A stretch of DNA of 64,000 bases from Gammaproteobacteria bacterium (GTDB lineage Bacteria > Pseudomonadota > Gammaproteobacteria > JAKEHO01): NCBI GenBank assembly GCA_022614965.1, contig JAKEHO010000116.1:5399-69398 (forward strand), given 5' to 3'. Position 1 is the stretch's first letter. Each line of letters starts with the position of its first letter. Below are positions 24,127-34,512 of this stretch, in pieces. Made by a program: the position numbers and the translations under genes. The notes beneath the pieces are model-generated. The model ran no database searches and was not told where the DNA came from. It worked only from the letters and a program-made list of their open reading frames with translations.

Positions 24127-24661
24127 TCAAGTCAGCTCCCTATGCCTGTCCTTCAAACTCGCAGAGCGTTCGGCTGAATAGGTCAGAAACTCAAGCTCTT
24201 GGTCGGTGAGGGGCGGTACCCATTTGGCAGGGGTCCCCATCCACACGTATCCACCCTCAAGAACTTTACCGGCCGGAACGAGGCTGCCGGCACCTAGCAT
24301 GACGTTTGACTCCAACACGGCGCCATCCATCACGGTGGCGAGAATGCCGATCAGGCAATGATCCTCGACCGTACGCTCGCGCAAAATGGCCCGGTGACCT
24401 ACCGTCCACCCCACTCACGATGTAACGAGGATGACCCCCCGGCGAAGAATGGCCGTCATGCGTCCCATGCAATATCACCCCATCCTGGATAATTGTGCGC
24501 TTGCCAATGACGATGGAATAGATAACACCACGCGCTACGACCATGGGCCAGAGTGACGAGTCTTCGCCGATCGTCACATCCCCGATCATAACCGCGGTCT
24601 CATCGCTATAAGCCGACGGTGCGATCTTTGGACTTTTCCCCTGATAGCTCCTTATCATCAT
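24127..24661 (-). pseudogene. gamma-carbonic-anhydrase-like hexapeptide-repeat protein (YrdA/PaaY family), split by a 1-nt frameshift
   Basis: The N-terminal ORF (24266-24661) and C-terminal ORF (24127-24414) are consecutive parts of one family member. Frames meet at minus-strand AGTGGGGTGGACGG (plus 24402-24415). Removing one G restores ...RYIVSGVTVGHRAIL... Confidence 0.75.
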
Positions 24662-24885
24662 CGCTATTCCCGCCCGTCAGATACATACATCTATCCTATC
24701 TTCTATTGTAGATAGTTAAGGTACCTGCAATGGCTGGTAAATGTTAGCCTATGGGGAGGAACACTGTCACAAAAACGCAGTACAAAGCTGATGCTCGCCT
24801 AGGAGAGTCCTGAAAACAAGCGCTTCTTGATGAACTTTTTGTTGCCTCTATTTGTCTTAAAACGTATACCAAGTATTAGCCGGGG

Positions 24886-25458
24886 ATGCGCGCCGTGAAA
24901 CGCATTGCTCCAAGTACCCTATTCGCCACCTTACTGACCGGCGTGCTCGTTGGCATTCAAATAAGCCTGTCCGCCTTCGCGGACGTATCGAAAACCCCGT
25001 CTCTTGCACCTGAATTCTCCCACGCAAGTGCCGAGGAATGGATCAATTCAGAGCCACTGACGCTAAGTGCTCTGCGCGGGCAAGTGGTGCTCCTCGATTT
25101 CTGGACCTTCGACTGTTGGAACTGCTACCGATCCATCCCATGGATTAATTCGCTTGAACAGCGCTACGCGCCAAGGGGTCTCCAGGTGATCGGCGTTCAT
25201 ACGCCGGAATTCCCGCATGAGAAGGTGCGCTCAAATATCGTGAAAAAGGTAAACGAATTTGAAATCCACCATCCGGTAATGATCGACAATGACTACTCTT
25301 ACTGGCGCGCGATGGGAAACCGCTACTGGCCAGCGTTCTTTCTAATCGACAAACAAGGGCGGGTGCGCGCGGCCTTTTTCGGTGAAACCCACGAGGGTGA
25401 TCGGAACGCCACCCAAATGGAAGAGGCGATTGAAAAACTGCTGGGGGAACCTGCTTAG
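24886..25458 (+). CDS. secreted thioredoxin-fold redoxin (CWNC active site)
   Basis: Signal peptide ending SAFA, then LLDFWTFDCWNCYRS and VIGVHTPEF. Resembles the thioredoxin module of DipZ-type proteins. Confidence 0.8.
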   Translation: MRAVKRIAPSTLFATLLTGVLVGIQISLSAFADVSKTPSLAPEFSHASAEEWINSEPLTLSALRGQVVLLDFWTFDCWNCYRSIPWINSLEQRYAPRGLQVIGVHTPEFPHEKVRSNIVKKVNEFEIHHPVMIDNDYSYWRAMGNRYWPAFFLIDKQGRVRAAFFGETHEGDRNATQMEEAIEKLLGEPA

Positions 25459-25582
25459 GATCCTCTGAGCTAGCTTACGCTGCCCTCGGCCATTGGCTGC
25501 AGAGAGTTAGAATACCAAGCGAGCCCTCGTCGGAAGCGCGCTCCCACCACTGGCCACAGCGCGCAAAAACCCTCCTCGCCGC

Positions 25583-26053
25583 CTACAATTGTGCGGGTCT
25601 GCCCTGCCCAAGCACGCCGTCAGCACGCGCCTTCAGATACATATAGATTTGATCCAGGCGGTCCATAACAGCCTGGTTCTTTTCGAATCCCGGCATGACG
25701 CCGTTCTGACCCTTGAAGCCATGGGTCACCACGTCCTTAAAGCGTGCGTAATCTACATTTTGATTGAATTTGTCAACCATGTTAGGCGCGAAGCTGCTAC
25801 CAACACCATCTTCCCCATGGCAGTGGTTGCAGAGCCTGTTGAACATGCGATAACCGGTAAAGGTTGCCGGATCGACTTTGCACTGGGTTGCACTCTTGGC
25901 ACCCTCAGGGCATTCCACCACGTACTTTAATGACGCCTGCGTCTCCCCCGCAGCTTTTTCTTCAGACGCATTTACCATGATTGCCAGCGCTACAGCAACT
26001 ATCACAACCAACGTCATCAAGTATCCCACAACCGCGTTGCTCCTCATGATCAT
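25583..26053 (-). CDS. membrane-anchored monohaem c-type cytochrome
   Basis: Single CNHCH haem-binding site and a distal VMPGF methionine. N-terminal TM anchor. Start uncertain (26089, 26053 or 26047). Confidence 0.8.
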   Translation of the reverse strand: MIMRSNAVVGYLMTLVVIVAVALAIMVNASEEKAAGETQASLKYVVECPEGAKSATQCKVDPATFTGYRMFNRLCNHCHGEDGVGSSFAPNMVDKFNQNVDYARFKDVVTHGFKGQNGVMPGFEKNQAVMDRLDQIYMYLKARADGVLGQGRPAQL

Positions 26054-26283
26054 CCTCCAAACCTGGTGCTTTATGTATGTTTCTTTCAATCAGCCCTTAT
26101 TTAAAAGCATAACACGATCGTAGTACTGATTAAACCTCACACGCAGTATGCGAGACACAATAGCTTCGCGGGCGCATTGGCAATAACTGCGAAACTGGTT
26201 ACCGCACGGTCATGAACTTATATCGGGAACCATCATTGGCTATGCCTTTTGATGTCCGACATCCTGGCGCGTAGACTTTGTGC

Positions 26284-27702
26284 ATGGAAAGCACAAAAAT
26301 CCAAACGTTCGTTGAGCGGCTCTGGGATAGCTCCGCTATCCCAGAGCTAGCCGAGTTCATCCGGATCGCAAACATATCCCCGCTTTTCGATACCGAGTGG
26401 CAGGTGCATGGCTTTATGGACGCGGCCGTTGCACGATTTGAAACCTGGTGCAGCAAACAGACTATCGCTGATATGACCCTTAAGGTGATCCGGTTGCCCG
26501 GCCGCACGCCGCTGATCTACATGGATATTGCGAGCGTTTCCGATGACTGCGTGTTGCTTTACGGTCATCTGGACAAACAGCCGGAGATGACTGGATGGCG
26601 TAACGGTTTGGGGCCATGGAAGCCGGTGCTTGAAGGCGACAAGTTATACGGTCGCGGCGGGGCCGATGACGGGTATGCGATGTTTGCAAGCCTGATTGCC
26701 ATCCAGGCACTAAGGGAGTTCGGGGTGCCCCATGCGCGGTGCGTCGTCATCATCGAGGCTTGCGAGGAAAGTGGGAGTTATGACCTGCCGCACTATATCG
26801 ACCTGCTTGCTAATCAGATCGGTAGACCAAGCCTTGTGATCTGTCTGGACTCGGGTTGTGGAAATTACGACCAACTGTGGTGCACGACCTCGCTTCGGGG
26901 ACTCATTGGCGGCACGCTTGCCGTGCAGATCCTCACCGAGGGCGTGCATTCGGGCGATGCCAGCGGCATAGTACCGTCGAGCTTTCGAATCGTGAGGCAA
27001 CTGCTCAGTCGACTGGAGGATGAGCAGAGTGGCAGAATACTCCCCGACGCATTTTACGTGGAAATCCCCACAACGTGTGTTGAGCAGGCTGCCCTTGCAG
27101 CCGATATGTTAGGAGAAGCCGTCTATGACAAGTTCCCGTTCGAGGACGGGGCTAAACCCGCGTCCGACAACGCGATGGAGCTTATCCTGAATCGGACATG
27201 GCGCCCGGCACTGTCGGTTGTGGGCGCGAGCGGGCTGCCAGCGGTGGAGAACGCAGGTAACGTATTGCGCGCATTCACCGGCGTTAAACTCTCCCTGCGC
27301 CTGCCGCCGACATGTGATGCGCAGATCGCCGCTCGGACGCTCGCGCAAATCCTGGAAGACGATCCCCCCTATGGCGCAAGAGTGACCTTCACCCCGGACT
27401 GGACCTCCTCCGGCTGGAACGCCCCACCGCTTGCCCCTTGGCTCAAGGCATCGCTCGATCGAGCCTCTCGCACCTATTTTGGCAAGCCAGCTGTGTACAT
27501 GGGAGAAGGCGGTTCAATCCCCTTCATGGGCATGTTAGGCAAGCGGTTTCCAGAAGCCCAGTTTCTAATAACCGGGCTGCTGGGGCCCCATTCAAACGCG
27601 CATGGACCCAATGAGTTCCTTCACATCCCAACAGCGAAAATGCTTACCTGCTGTGTCGCAGAGGTGCTTGCCGACCACCATGCTAAAGGACAAACACCAT
27701 GA
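26284..27702 (+). CDS. M20 family metallopeptidase (dipeptidase-like)
   Basis: LYGHLDKQP and YGRGGADDGY metal-site blocks. ATG at 26284 preferred over the TTG at 26278. Confidence 0.85.
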   Translation: MESTKIQTFVERLWDSSAIPELAEFIRIANISPLFDTEWQVHGFMDAAVARFETWCSKQTIADMTLKVIRLPGRTPLIYMDIASVSDDCVLLYGHLDKQPEMTGWRNGLGPWKPVLEGDKLYGRGGADDGYAMFASLIAIQALREFGVPHARCVVIIEACEESGSYDLPHYIDLLANQIGRPSLVICLDSGCGNYDQLWCTTSLRGLIGGTLAVQILTEGVHSGDASGIVPSSFRIVRQLLSRLEDEQSGRILPDAFYVEIPTTCVEQAALAADMLGEAVYDKFPFEDGAKPASDNAMELILNRTWRPALSVVGASGLPAVENAGNVLRAFTGVKLSLRLPPTCDAQIAARTLAQILEDDPPYGARVTFTPDWTSSGWNAPPLAPWLKASLDRASRTYFGKPAVYMGEGGSIPFMGMLGKRFPEAQFLITGLLGPHSNAHGPNEFLHIPTAKMLTCCVAEVLADHHAKGQTP

Positions 27703-29645
27703 GGTTGCATCGGCTTAGGGCCAGGGCCAGAACAGTACCCAAAATCTGGAGTGTCCAGCACTCGCGTGAACTCTACAGCGTCTCCCAGTGGAGTAGTGGA
27801 TATTTCGACATTGGCGAGACCGGACATGTCATTGTTCGACCCAAGGGGGTCCGGGGAGGTCCCGAGATCGATCTATTTGAGCTCGCTTGTGAGCTCAACA
27901 GAGCCGGGCAGTCCTATCCAGTGTTGGTCCGCTTCACCGACATTCTTCACCACCGAGTCGATGCAATGTGTGAAGCCTTTACCCAGGCAATGCAACAGAC
28001 CGGGTACGAAGCGCCTTACACGGCCGCCTATCCGATTAAGGTAAATCAGCAGCGCTATGTGATCGAGGAGATCCTTAAACACGGCGGCGATCGCGTTGCC
28101 CTCGAAGTCGGAAGCAAGCCCGAACTGATGGCAGTACTGGCGCTCGCACCACGCCACGGGACGGTTATCTGCAATGGTTACAAAGACCAGAACTACATAC
28201 GCCTTGCTCTGATTGGCAAGCGCCTAGGGCTTCGTGTCTATCTCGTCGTAGAAAAGCTTTCCGAACTTGAGGTCATCGTCGACGAAGTATCTAGGGCCGG
28301 CATAGAACCCCTGCTTGGCATACGAGTTCGTCTGGCATCCATCGGCACAGGCAACTGGCAAAATACGGGTGGCGAAAAATCAAAGTTTGGACTGCTTGCC
28401 GAGCAGGTATATCAGGCTATCGGACGGCTTAAAAGCGCGGGGCTGCTAAGTACCTTGCAGATGATGCACTTTCATATCGGATCTCAAATTCCGACTATCC
28501 GTGATTTCCAGCGTGCTCTGCGCGAGGGTGCCCGCTACTATGCGGAACTGCGCAAGATCGGCGCCAATATCGTCGATATCGATGTGGGTGGTGGGCTAGG
28601 CGTGGACTATGACGGTACCCAGTCGCACAACGCTTGTTCCATGGACTATAGCGTGCAGGAGTATGCCGACAACGTCGTTCACGCACTATGGGAGATCTGC
28701 AATGCAGAGGATCTTCCCTATCCGCAAATCATTACCGAGTCAGGGCGCGCCATGACGGCTCACCACGCTGTGCTTGTCACCAATGTTGTCGACATCGAAC
28801 AGGCTTCCAGCACGCGCGTCGCCAATCCTCCAAAGCCTGACGAACCACAGATCATCAAAGATCTCTGGCAGGCATGGCAATCCCTAAAACCAACGCGCGC
28901 CTTGGAAGCCTACCATGATGCAGAACACTGGCTGCTTGAAGCGAGAGCAATGTTTATTCACGGGGTCCTAAACCTTGCTGAGCGCGCCCGCGTCGAACAC
29001 CTTTACAACATGATCTGTCGAGCGGTGCGCGACACGCTAAAAAATGGTCCCGCGAAACACCAAGAGGTACTCAAAAAATTAAACGAGAAACTGGCCGACA
29101 AGTACTTCTGCAATTTTTCGGTGTTCCAGTCCATACCTGACACCTGGGCCATTGAGCAAGTATTCCCGATCATGCCCTTGCATCGCCTGCAGGAGCATCC
29201 GACCCAGCGCGCGACAATCCAGGATCTCACCTGCGATTCTGACGGTCGAATCGACCTTTATGTGGACACGGCTGGCTTGGAGACCAGCCTACCCATTCAC
29301 GCTTCACGACCGGGCGAACGCTATTTACTGGGCGTTTTTCTTCTCGGGGCTTACCAGGAGATCCTCGGCGACGTCCACAACCTTTTTGGCGACACCGGAT
29401 CAGTCAATGTGGAACTCTCGCATGATGACGGGTACCGCACCTCCGAGCCGCACCGCGGCGACACAGTTGCCGAAATGCTGCGTTACGTAAATATCAGTCC
29501 TGAGGACCTTCAACGCGCCTATCGTGATCGTGTTGCTGCGGCAGAGCTACCCCCCGAAGAGCGCGAACGGTACCTTGCAACATTGATTGAGGGTCTCGGC
29601 GGCTACACCTATCTTGAAGACGGAGTTGCGGGGACGAGACAATGA
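27699..29645 (+). CDS. speA: biosynthetic arginine decarboxylase
   Basis: YSVSQWSSGYFDI N-terminus and the PLP-lysine context YPIKVNQQ. 648 aa. ATGA overlap with the peptidase stop. Confidence 0.92.
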   Translation: MRLHRLRARARTVPKIWSVQHSRELYSVSQWSSGYFDIGETGHVIVRPKGVRGGPEIDLFELACELNRAGQSYPVLVRFTDILHHRVDAMCEAFTQAMQQTGYEAPYTAAYPIKVNQQRYVIEEILKHGGDRVALEVGSKPELMAVLALAPRHGTVICNGYKDQNYIRLALIGKRLGLRVYLVVEKLSELEVIVDEVSRAGIEPLLGIRVRLASIGTGNWQNTGGEKSKFGLLAEQVYQAIGRLKSAGLLSTLQMMHFHIGSQIPTIRDFQRALREGARYYAELRKIGANIVDIDVGGGLGVDYDGTQSHNACSMDYSVQEYADNVVHALWEICNAEDLPYPQIITESGRAMTAHHAVLVTNVVDIEQASSTRVANPPKPDEPQIIKDLWQAWQSLKPTRALEAYHDAEHWLLEARAMFIHGVLNLAERARVEHLYNMICRAVRDTLKNGPAKHQEVLKKLNEKLADKYFCNFSVFQSIPDTWAIEQVFPIMPLHRLQEHPTQRATIQDLTCDSDGRIDLYVDTAGLETSLPIHASRPGERYLLGVFLLGAYQEILGDVHNLFGDTGSVNVELSHDDGYRTSEPHRGDTVAEMLRYVNISPEDLQRAYRDRVAAAELPPEERERYLATLIEGLGGYTYLEDGVAGTRQ

Positions 29646-30547
29646 AGACGGGCGTTATCGGCCTTGGCAGCATGGGTGCCCACATGGCGCTTAACCTGCA
29701 TAAAGCGGGGCACCTCTATGCGGTATGGAACCGAACGCGCGAGAAGGCGGAACGGATCGCGGCTGATACCGGTGCGCTACTCGCTGAGACCCCAGGCGAG
29801 CTTGCCGGCTGCTGCGAGTTCATCGTTATATCCGTGTCGCGCGATTTGGACGTCAAGGGCGTAATTGAGGCGCTGCTACCGAATATCCACTCTGGCGCCG
29901 TGGTGGCTGACACCTCTACCGTCAGTGCCGACACGGCAAAGGAGGTTGCCGCAAGGCTCAGAGAGCGAGATGCGGCCTACCTTGATTGCCCCGTCTCCGG
30001 AGGCGTTGAAGGGGCGAAAAATGGAACCCTTGCGATGATGATCGGCGGGGAGGCGACTGCACTGGAGCAGGTCAGAGCGCCGCTCTCCGCCATAGCCGCC
30101 ATCATTGTCCACATGGGGCCGACGGGCTCAGGCCAGGCCACAAAAGCCGTCAACCAGATCATGGCCGCCGGGATCAACCAAGCGGTAAGCGAATCCTTGG
30201 CCTTTGGTCAAGCCATGGGGTTATCCATGGATAAAGTCCTCGATGTCATCGAAAGTGGCGCAGCCAGTAACTGGTTCCTAAGCCATCGGGGCAAGACCAT
30301 GCTCGCAGGTAAGTTCCTCCCTGGATTCAAGGTGCGTCTGCACCATAAAGATCTCGAAATCTGCCGTGACATGGCTAGAAAGGCAAGTAGCGCCGCCTTG
30401 CCAATCGTAGAAATGACCCTGAATCACTATCAACGGCTAATGGAAGCCGGTTATGGGGATGAGGACATCTCCGCGCTGTTCCGCTTGAAGAGGCAGCAGT
30501 ACCAAGACCTGGAGCGCCGGATGCCAAGAGATCCCCGGGTTAAATGA
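29642..30547 (+). CDS. NAD(P)-dependent beta-hydroxyacid dehydrogenase (3-hydroxyisobutyrate dehydrogenase family)
   Basis: GVIGLGSMGAHMALNL dinucleotide fold, DCPVSGG and GSGQATKAVNQ blocks. ATGA overlap with the speA stop. Confidence 0.85.
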   Translation: MKTGVIGLGSMGAHMALNLHKAGHLYAVWNRTREKAERIAADTGALLAETPGELAGCCEFIVISVSRDLDVKGVIEALLPNIHSGAVVADTSTVSADTAKEVAARLRERDAAYLDCPVSGGVEGAKNGTLAMMIGGEATALEQVRAPLSAIAAIIVHMGPTGSGQATKAVNQIMAAGINQAVSESLAFGQAMGLSMDKVLDVIESGAASNWFLSHRGKTMLAGKFLPGFKVRLHHKDLEICRDMARKASSAALPIVEMTLNHYQRLMEAGYGDEDISALFRLKRQQYQDLERRMPRDPRVK

Positions 30548-30878
30548 CAAGCTAGTTACCGTAAAATCAATCATCCAGCTATCGAAGGTGTGCTGCATCG
30601 GGTGTCGGGGTCCGATGGCCTCGTTGCACAGGAACTCCGCGGCCATGAGATGGTCAATGGCGCATTGACTGGCCAGAATTTCTATGCAGAATGGTTGCGC
30701 CAAAATCCACTGCCATCGCCGGGTCGGTTGCCATCTGCCCTCTCGCTGCCCTCAGGGTAAAACACCGGACACTTAGCACTGTGGCGCGCCGCCGACCCAA
30801 GAGTAAACCGACACCTCGCTAGCAGAGCACCCTTCTGCGTAAACGGGGAACCTGTAAAGACAGAGGCTTAAAGCTGAA

Positions 30879-31850
30879 ATGGAAACTGCCATTGAAACGA
30901 AGAAGCTGAATAAACACTTCGGCCCGTTACACGTTGTGCGTGATATGTCCTTCAAGGTGGCCTATGGCGAGGTACTCGGCTTCCTAGGACCAAACGGCGC
31001 TGGAAAGTCCACCACCATGAAGATGATAACGGGATTTTTGGAGCCCACCAGCGGGACAGTCACCGTGTGTGGTCATGATGTCATCGATGAGCCCATTCAG
31101 GTAAAAGAACGAATCGGCTATCTGCCAGAAGGAGTACCTCTATATGGCGAGATGACACCGAGGGCATTCCTCCGGTTCGTCGCCGCTGTCCGCAATCTCA
31201 AAGCACAGGAAAAAGAACGGCGAATCAACGATGTTGTGCGCAAAATTCGTCTAGAGGCCGTCCTGGATCAGCGCATCGAGACGCTCTCCAAAGGCTACAA
31301 ACGCCGCGTGGGTTTGGCACAGGCCTTGGTGCATGACCCGGAGATCCTGGTGCTGGATGAACCAACGGACGGTCTTGACCCTAATCAGAAGCATGAGGTA
31401 AGGACCTTGATCACTGAGATGGCGAAAGACAAAGCCATTGTGATCTCTACGCACATCCTGGAGGAAGTTGATGCCGTTTGCACACGGGCCATTATTATCG
31501 CCCAAGGGGAGCTCCTGTTTGATGGCAGCCCCGAAGATCTTGCGGCACAGTCGCACTTCCACAATGCTGTTTCATTGACGATCATGTCCACACTCTCACA
31601 GAAGGACAAGGCAAAGCTCGCCAAGCTTGATGGCATAGCATCACTGGAAGAACTAACGTGCGTCGATGGTGCAACTCGATTGTTGATTTTTCCCGAAAAA
31701 GGTCAATCGATCGTCTCTATCGTCAGTGACTACGTACAGTCCAACGGGTGGCTCTTGAGCGAACTGCATGTCGAGTCGGGGCGACTGGATGAAGTCTTCC
31801 GCACCATCACCACGCAGTCTAACGGAGAAGGCGAGAGCCGATTATCATGA
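30879..31850 (+). CDS. ABC transporter ATP-binding protein (GldA-like)
   Basis: Walker A GPNGAGKST, signature LSKGYKRRV, Walker B ILVLDEP. Confidence 0.9.
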   Translation: METAIETKKLNKHFGPLHVVRDMSFKVAYGEVLGFLGPNGAGKSTTMKMITGFLEPTSGTVTVCGHDVIDEPIQVKERIGYLPEGVPLYGEMTPRAFLRFVAAVRNLKAQEKERRINDVVRKIRLEAVLDQRIETLSKGYKRRVGLAQALVHDPEILVLDEPTDGLDPNQKHEVRTLITEMAKDKAIVISTHILEEVDAVCTRAIIIAQGELLFDGSPEDLAAQSHFHNAVSLTIMSTLSQKDKAKLAKLDGIASLEELTCVDGATRLLIFPEKGQSIVSIVSDYVQSNGWLLSELHVESGRLDEVFRTITTQSNGEGESRLS

Positions 31851-32581
31851 GAAACATTTTCGCCATCTTCAAACGTGAACTTATAGGGTACTTTTCCACA
31901 CCAGTGGCCTATGTCTTCATCGTCATCTTCCTCTTTCTGACCGGCATTTTCACGTTCTATCTCGGCACCTTTTATGAACGTAACCAAGCAGATCTTGAGC
32001 CATTCTTCCGCTTCCACCCGTGGCTTTATCTCTTTCTAATGCCGGCAATTGCGATGCGGTTATGGGCAGAAGAACGCAAGACCGGAACCATCGAACTATT
32101 GATGACACTTCCTGTCACGTTACCCCAAGCAGTGATTGGCAAATTCTTAGCAGCCTGGACGTTTACGGCGGTCGCGTTGGCTTTGACCTTTCCGATGTGG
32201 ATTACGGTGAACTATCTCGGCAGACCGGACAATTCGGTCATCCTTGCAGGTTACCTTGGTAGTCTTTTGATGGCAGGCGGATTCCTCGCGATAGGCTCCT
32301 TCATCTCAGCACTTACCAAAAGCCAAGTCATTGCATTCATAGTGACCGTCGTTATCTGTTTTTGTTTCATCCTGAGTGGGTTTCCGCTTGTACTCGACTT
32401 CTTTCGGGGCTGGGCACCACAAGCCATCGTGAACGTGATCAGCTCATTCAGTTTCTTCACCCATTTCGAGTCCATCAAAAAAGGGGTTATCGATATCCGA
32501 GACATCATCTACTTCGCGACACTCATCTGCTTTTGGCTGTATGCCAACATCGTGGCAATTGACATCAAGAAAGCAGGCTAG
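31847..32581 (+). CDS. ABC-2 type permease (GldF-like)
   Basis: ATGA overlap with the ATPase gene. Six predicted TM helices, 244 aa. Confidence 0.85.
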   Translation: MRNIFAIFKRELIGYFSTPVAYVFIVIFLFLTGIFTFYLGTFYERNQADLEPFFRFHPWLYLFLMPAIAMRLWAEERKTGTIELLMTLPVTLPQAVIGKFLAAWTFTAVALALTFPMWITVNYLGRPDNSVILAGYLGSLLMAGGFLAIGSFISALTKSQVIAFIVTVVICFCFILSGFPLVLDFFRGWAPQAIVNVISSFSFFTHFESIKKGVIDIRDIIYFATLICFWLYANIVAIDIKKAG

Positions 32582-32598
32582 GGACAATTCATAACGAA

Positions 32599-34485
32599 AT
32601 GAATAGGAAACTGTTAACAGGCACTGGTCTATTGCTTGCGGCCGCGCTTTTCATCGCCATCAATATCCTGTCGAACGCGATATTGACCACTGAGCGGCTC
32701 GACCTGACCGACAATAAGCTGTTTACGCTCTCCAACGGAACAATGAACATACTTCAGAACCTGAATGAGCCTATCAATCTCCGATTCTATTTCTCTGAAA
32801 AACAGTTAAGCGGGTTTCCGATCATGCTGAACTACGGGGGTCGCGTTCGGGATATGCTCGAAGAATATGTGACGCGCTCCAACGGGAAATTGAAGCTCAC
32901 CGTTTTAGATGTTGAGCCTTTTTCTGAGGAAGAAGATCAGGCTGTCGCTTATGGTCTGCAGAGCGTGCCCGTTAATGCGGCCGGCGATCTTGCATACTTT
33001 GGCTTAGTGGGAACTAACTCGACGGATGACGAGGCTATCATTTCGTTTTTCCAGCCGAACAAAGAGCCATCGCTAGAGTACGACCTTACGAAACTCATCT
33101 ACGATCTGTCCAACCCAAAGAAACGGGTTGTAGCCGTGCTGAGCGCCCTACCCTTGTTTGGCACGAATACAGAACAGATCAATGCACCCCCCCGGCCGGG
33201 TCCACCTTGGGCTATTACGTCGGCAATGACGGAGTTTTTTGATGTTCGCAATCTCGGTTCGCAAACCCGGGAGATTGACGATGACGTGGATGTCCTAATG
33301 GTCGTCCATCCCAAAGACATAATTGATGAATCGCGGTATGCCATTGACCAGTATGTACTGAAGGGCGGAAAGGCGATCATCTTCGTTGATCCCCTTTCCG
33401 AGGCGGATGATGCCCAGCCGGATCCCCGCAACCCGATGGCGTTACCTGAGCGTAGCTCAGACCTCCCGATCCTCTTCAACGCATGGGGTCTGAAGCTCGT
33501 AGAAGGAAAAGTTGCAGGGGATCTAGATGCAGCAATCCGGGTACAACATATCGGCCCGCGCGGGCCTCAGGAAGTAGAGTACCTGCCATGGATCCGGATG
33601 ACCTCCGCCAACTTTAACGCCAGCGACTTCGTGACCAGCGAATTGAACGTCATGAACATTGGCAGTGCCGGTATTCTCCAGCAGCAGGAGGGCACGGCGA
33701 TAGAGTTTATACGTCTCATTCAGACGGGCGAACGGTCCACGGAGATGGAACGGGATGGTGTCATTTTCCAGCGCGATCCCACCGTGCTCCTAAAATCGTA
33801 CAAGCCGGAGAGTGAAAAGCTCACTCTCGCGGCGCGGATCAGTGGCAAGGTGAAGACTGCATTCCCAGACGGAAAACCAAATAAAGATGACAAAAACATC
33901 AAAGTCGAGGATCCGGACTTTGTTAGTGAGTCGAGCCAACCAATTAACGTCATCGTTGTTGCGGACACCGACCTGTTAAGCGACCGGTTCTGGGTACAGA
34001 TCCAGGATTTCTACGGTACGCGCGTTCCTCAACCAATCGCAAACAATGGCGATTTTGTGATCAACGCCTTGGAGAATCTGGCGGGAAGTAATGACCTCAT
34101 CAGCCTGCGTAGTCGTGGCAAATACGCCAGGCCCTTCGAACGGGTCGAGGAGATCAGACACGTAGCAGAAGCCCGTTTTCGTGATCAAGAACAGGCTCTC
34201 CAGGCCAAACTTGAAGAAACAGAACGAAAGATTAGAGATTTACAGGAAAAGCAAGGAGCAGACAGGTCGCTTATCCTTACTCCTGCGCAGGCTGAAGAGC
34301 TTGAAAAGTTTCGTCAGGAACAGCTGAAGACGCGGACGGAACTCCGCGCAGTTCAGCATGATCTACAGAAAAATATCGAAGGATTGGGGACGCAACTGCG
34401 CTTTATCAATATTGGCCTAGTCCCGCTGCTGATTGGTCTCATTGCGATCGGAGTATGGCTATTTCGGACGCATCGCCGCGCATAA
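32599..34485 (+). CDS. GldG-like ABC transporter auxiliary component
   Basis: N- and C-terminal TM anchors flank a ~560-aa exported region and a C-terminal coiled coil (RFRDQEQALQAKLEETERKIRDLQEKQ). Architecture as I recall for GldG/ABC_transp_aux. Confidence 0.75.
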   Translation: MNRKLLTGTGLLLAAALFIAINILSNAILTTERLDLTDNKLFTLSNGTMNILQNLNEPINLRFYFSEKQLSGFPIMLNYGGRVRDMLEEYVTRSNGKLKLTVLDVEPFSEEEDQAVAYGLQSVPVNAAGDLAYFGLVGTNSTDDEAIISFFQPNKEPSLEYDLTKLIYDLSNPKKRVVAVLSALPLFGTNTEQINAPPRPGPPWAITSAMTEFFDVRNLGSQTREIDDDVDVLMVVHPKDIIDESRYAIDQYVLKGGKAIIFVDPLSEADDAQPDPRNPMALPERSSDLPILFNAWGLKLVEGKVAGDLDAAIRVQHIGPRGPQEVEYLPWIRMTSANFNASDFVTSELNVMNIGSAGILQQQEGTAIEFIRLIQTGERSTEMERDGVIFQRDPTVLLKSYKPESEKLTLAARISGKVKTAFPDGKPNKDDKNIKVEDPDFVSESSQPINVIVVADTDLLSDRFWVQIQDFYGTRVPQPIANNGDFVINALENLAGSNDLISLRSRGKYARPFERVEEIRHVAEARFRDQEQALQAKLEETERKIRDLQEKQGADRSLILTPAQAEELEKFRQEQLKTRTELRAVQHDLQKNIEGLGTQLRFINIGLVPLLIGLIAIGVWLFRTHRRA

Positions 34486-34512
34486 GTTGCCCTGGCGCCT
34501 AAGGACGCAGAC

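Noticed and set aside
30548-30760. About 70 codons stay open in frame after the dehydrogenase TGA (…INHPAIEGVLHRVSGSDGLVAQELRGHEMVNGALTGQNFYAEWLRQNPLP…). I considered stop-codon read-through or a 56-aa GTG-initiated ORF.
   Set aside because: The dehydrogenase is already full length for its family. There is no convincing SD or family resemblance for the downstream peptide, and an open frame of this length in GC-rich DNA is not surprising. The 88-aa minus ORF 30437-30703 was rejected for the same reasons.
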